Positions 25,676 to 26,701 of a DNA stretch of 26,701 nucleotides are shown here, one piece after another. Numbering within the stretch: position 1 is the stretch's first letter; each line of letters opens with the position of its first letter. The position numbers were made by a program, and so were the translations under genes. The DNA lies in IMG/VR virus record IMGVR_UViG_3300046001_000837, positions 1-26,701 of that record, one strand, 5' to 3'. Under the pieces are notes generated by a model. The model saw only the letters and a program-made list of their open reading frames with translations, was not told the DNA's origin and ran no database searches. Source of the DNA: a virus. Taxonomy: Duplodnaviria; Caudoviricetes.

Positions 25676-26701
25676 TTACCTCGTTGTGTCGGCTATTGTA
25701 TTGCCAAAGGGGTCTGTGTACATGGGGCTTGCCAACAGGTCAGGGGCTGCTGCACCCATCGTGGCCGCAACCGCTGCACTTCTGCGAAACGGGTCAAAGG
25801 CTGCAAAGCGGGATCTAATTTGATCGGGGTTAATAATTGCAATTTCGTTTATTGATTTGTCAAGAGAGTCTTGCAAAATCATTGCATCAATTGTTTTGTT
25901 GGTATCTGGAGCATTGGTGGCACTATAACGACCCTGAGCATTTGGCAACAGACTCAATGGGTTTTCCATCCTTAGATTTACAGGGTACATCACGCCAGCA
26001 CCCTCTGGCGCATAGCTACCAGCGTACTCGGCTTTTGGACTAAAAAAACTACCACTTCTAAACGACATATATCCAACGGGTTGATTCTGTGCTTGCCTGT
26101 TTTTATACCATTCAAGGGTTTTATCACCCTCAGGTGTACCTCCTTCAGGCATAAATTTTTGAATATCTTTTGATGCTGTCCCATGATAAGCCTCAACATC
26201 AAACCCCATCGCCTTTGCCCTCTGCTCTGCCGTATTGCCAGCACGCAAACCAAGGCCACCTTGCTCAACTGGCAATGCAGCACGCTGTTGGGCCAAGTCT
26301 AGGGCGGCTTGTTGGGGGGCTTGGGGCGGCATAAAAACCTGCCTTTGCATCGTAGGTGAAACCAGATTCACCGACGAATATTCATCCATGATTTTATAAA
26401 CATCATCAAGTGATGCTTCAGGCTGCCCTGGTGGCCTACGCCCAAGTCGGTATGCAGTCTTTGCCGCTGCCCGCGAAGATACTTGCCCTTGCAAAACCGG
26501 AAAGTCTTGCATTACTTGTGCTTGCAAACTCTCACCAATTTTTTGGCCTCTAAATTTCTCAGGCACTTCTAAGCTAAGAACAGACGCAGAGCCGTCAGGC
26601 TTGCTTAGAACTTCAATAGACCCACCGCTATTTGGCTCTGTGTACCTAACCCTAGCTGAACCAGCGCCAAAAATGTCAGAGGCATCTCTTGATGCAACAT
26701 T
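25676..26701 (-). CDS. Multidomain protein: GNAT acetyltransferase-like domain + ADP-ribosyltransferase-like (ART-PolyVal type) domain; 5'-truncated
   Basis: The frame is open to the window edge. SVLSLEVPEKFRGQKIGESL (GNAT motif A), then AYHGT, GSFFS, EYAGSYA, MYPVNLRMENP, EIAIINPDQIRSRFAAFDP (ART). Confidence 0.72.
   Translation of the reverse strand, partial: NVASRDASDIFGAGSARVRYTEPNSGGSIEVLSKPDGSASVLSLEVPEKFRGQKIGESLQAQVMQDFPVLQGQVSSRAAAKTAYRLGRRPPGQPEASLDDVYKIMDEYSSVNLVSPTMQRQVFMPPQAPQQAALDLAQQRAALPVEQGGLGLRAGNTAEQRAKAMGFDVEAYHGTASKDIQKFMPEGGTPEGDKTLEWYKNRQAQNQPVGYMSFRSGSFFSPKAEYAGSYAPEGAGVMYPVNLRMENPLSLLPNAQGRYSATNAPDTNKTIDAMILQDSLDKSINEIAIINPDQIRSRFAAFDPFRRSAAVAATMGAAAPDLLASPMYTDPFGNTIADTTR

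Noticed and set aside
7840-26043. Numerous + strand ORFs across the structural arm (e.g. 14683-15174, 23314-23904, 24937-25554)
   Set aside because: They are antisense shadows of well-supported - strand genes and show no recognisable motifs.
1-26701. Alternative genetic code or stop-codon reassignment
   Set aside because: Core genes are full length under the standard code, and TAA, TAG and TGA all terminate coupled genes.

Overview
This window is part of a tailed dsDNA phage genome with a podovirus-like layout; the host is probably a Gram-negative proteobacterium (inference). It has two convergent arms. The + arm (1-5538) carries a DNA-metabolism module (Cas4-like PD-(D/E)xK nuclease, SF2 helicase, HNH-AP2 endonuclease, VRR-NUC nuclease), then a sigma70-type promoter and a chain of tiny overlapping genes. 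The - arm (26701 down to 5458) carries, in order: a GNAT + ADP-ribosyltransferase multidomain protein, portal, collagen-repeat fibre, a cassette of membrane proteins including a T4-holin-like protein, scaffold, major capsid, decoration protein, a run of tiny Lys-rich proteins, head-tail adaptor, tail nozzle, tail fibre, cupin, three ejection-type proteins, holin and M15 endolysin, and a separately promoted HExxH protein / metallophosphoesterase / small membrane protein operon. I saw no tRNA, rRNA, CRISPR array or integrase. The most notable items are the GNAT+ART protein next to the portal, two convergent promoters sharing a TTACCGGA box, a possible second lysis-control cassette with an ATT-initiated gene, and the Lys-rich microprotein cluster that the ORF track largely missed. 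All family calls come from reading motifs by eye; no database search was run.
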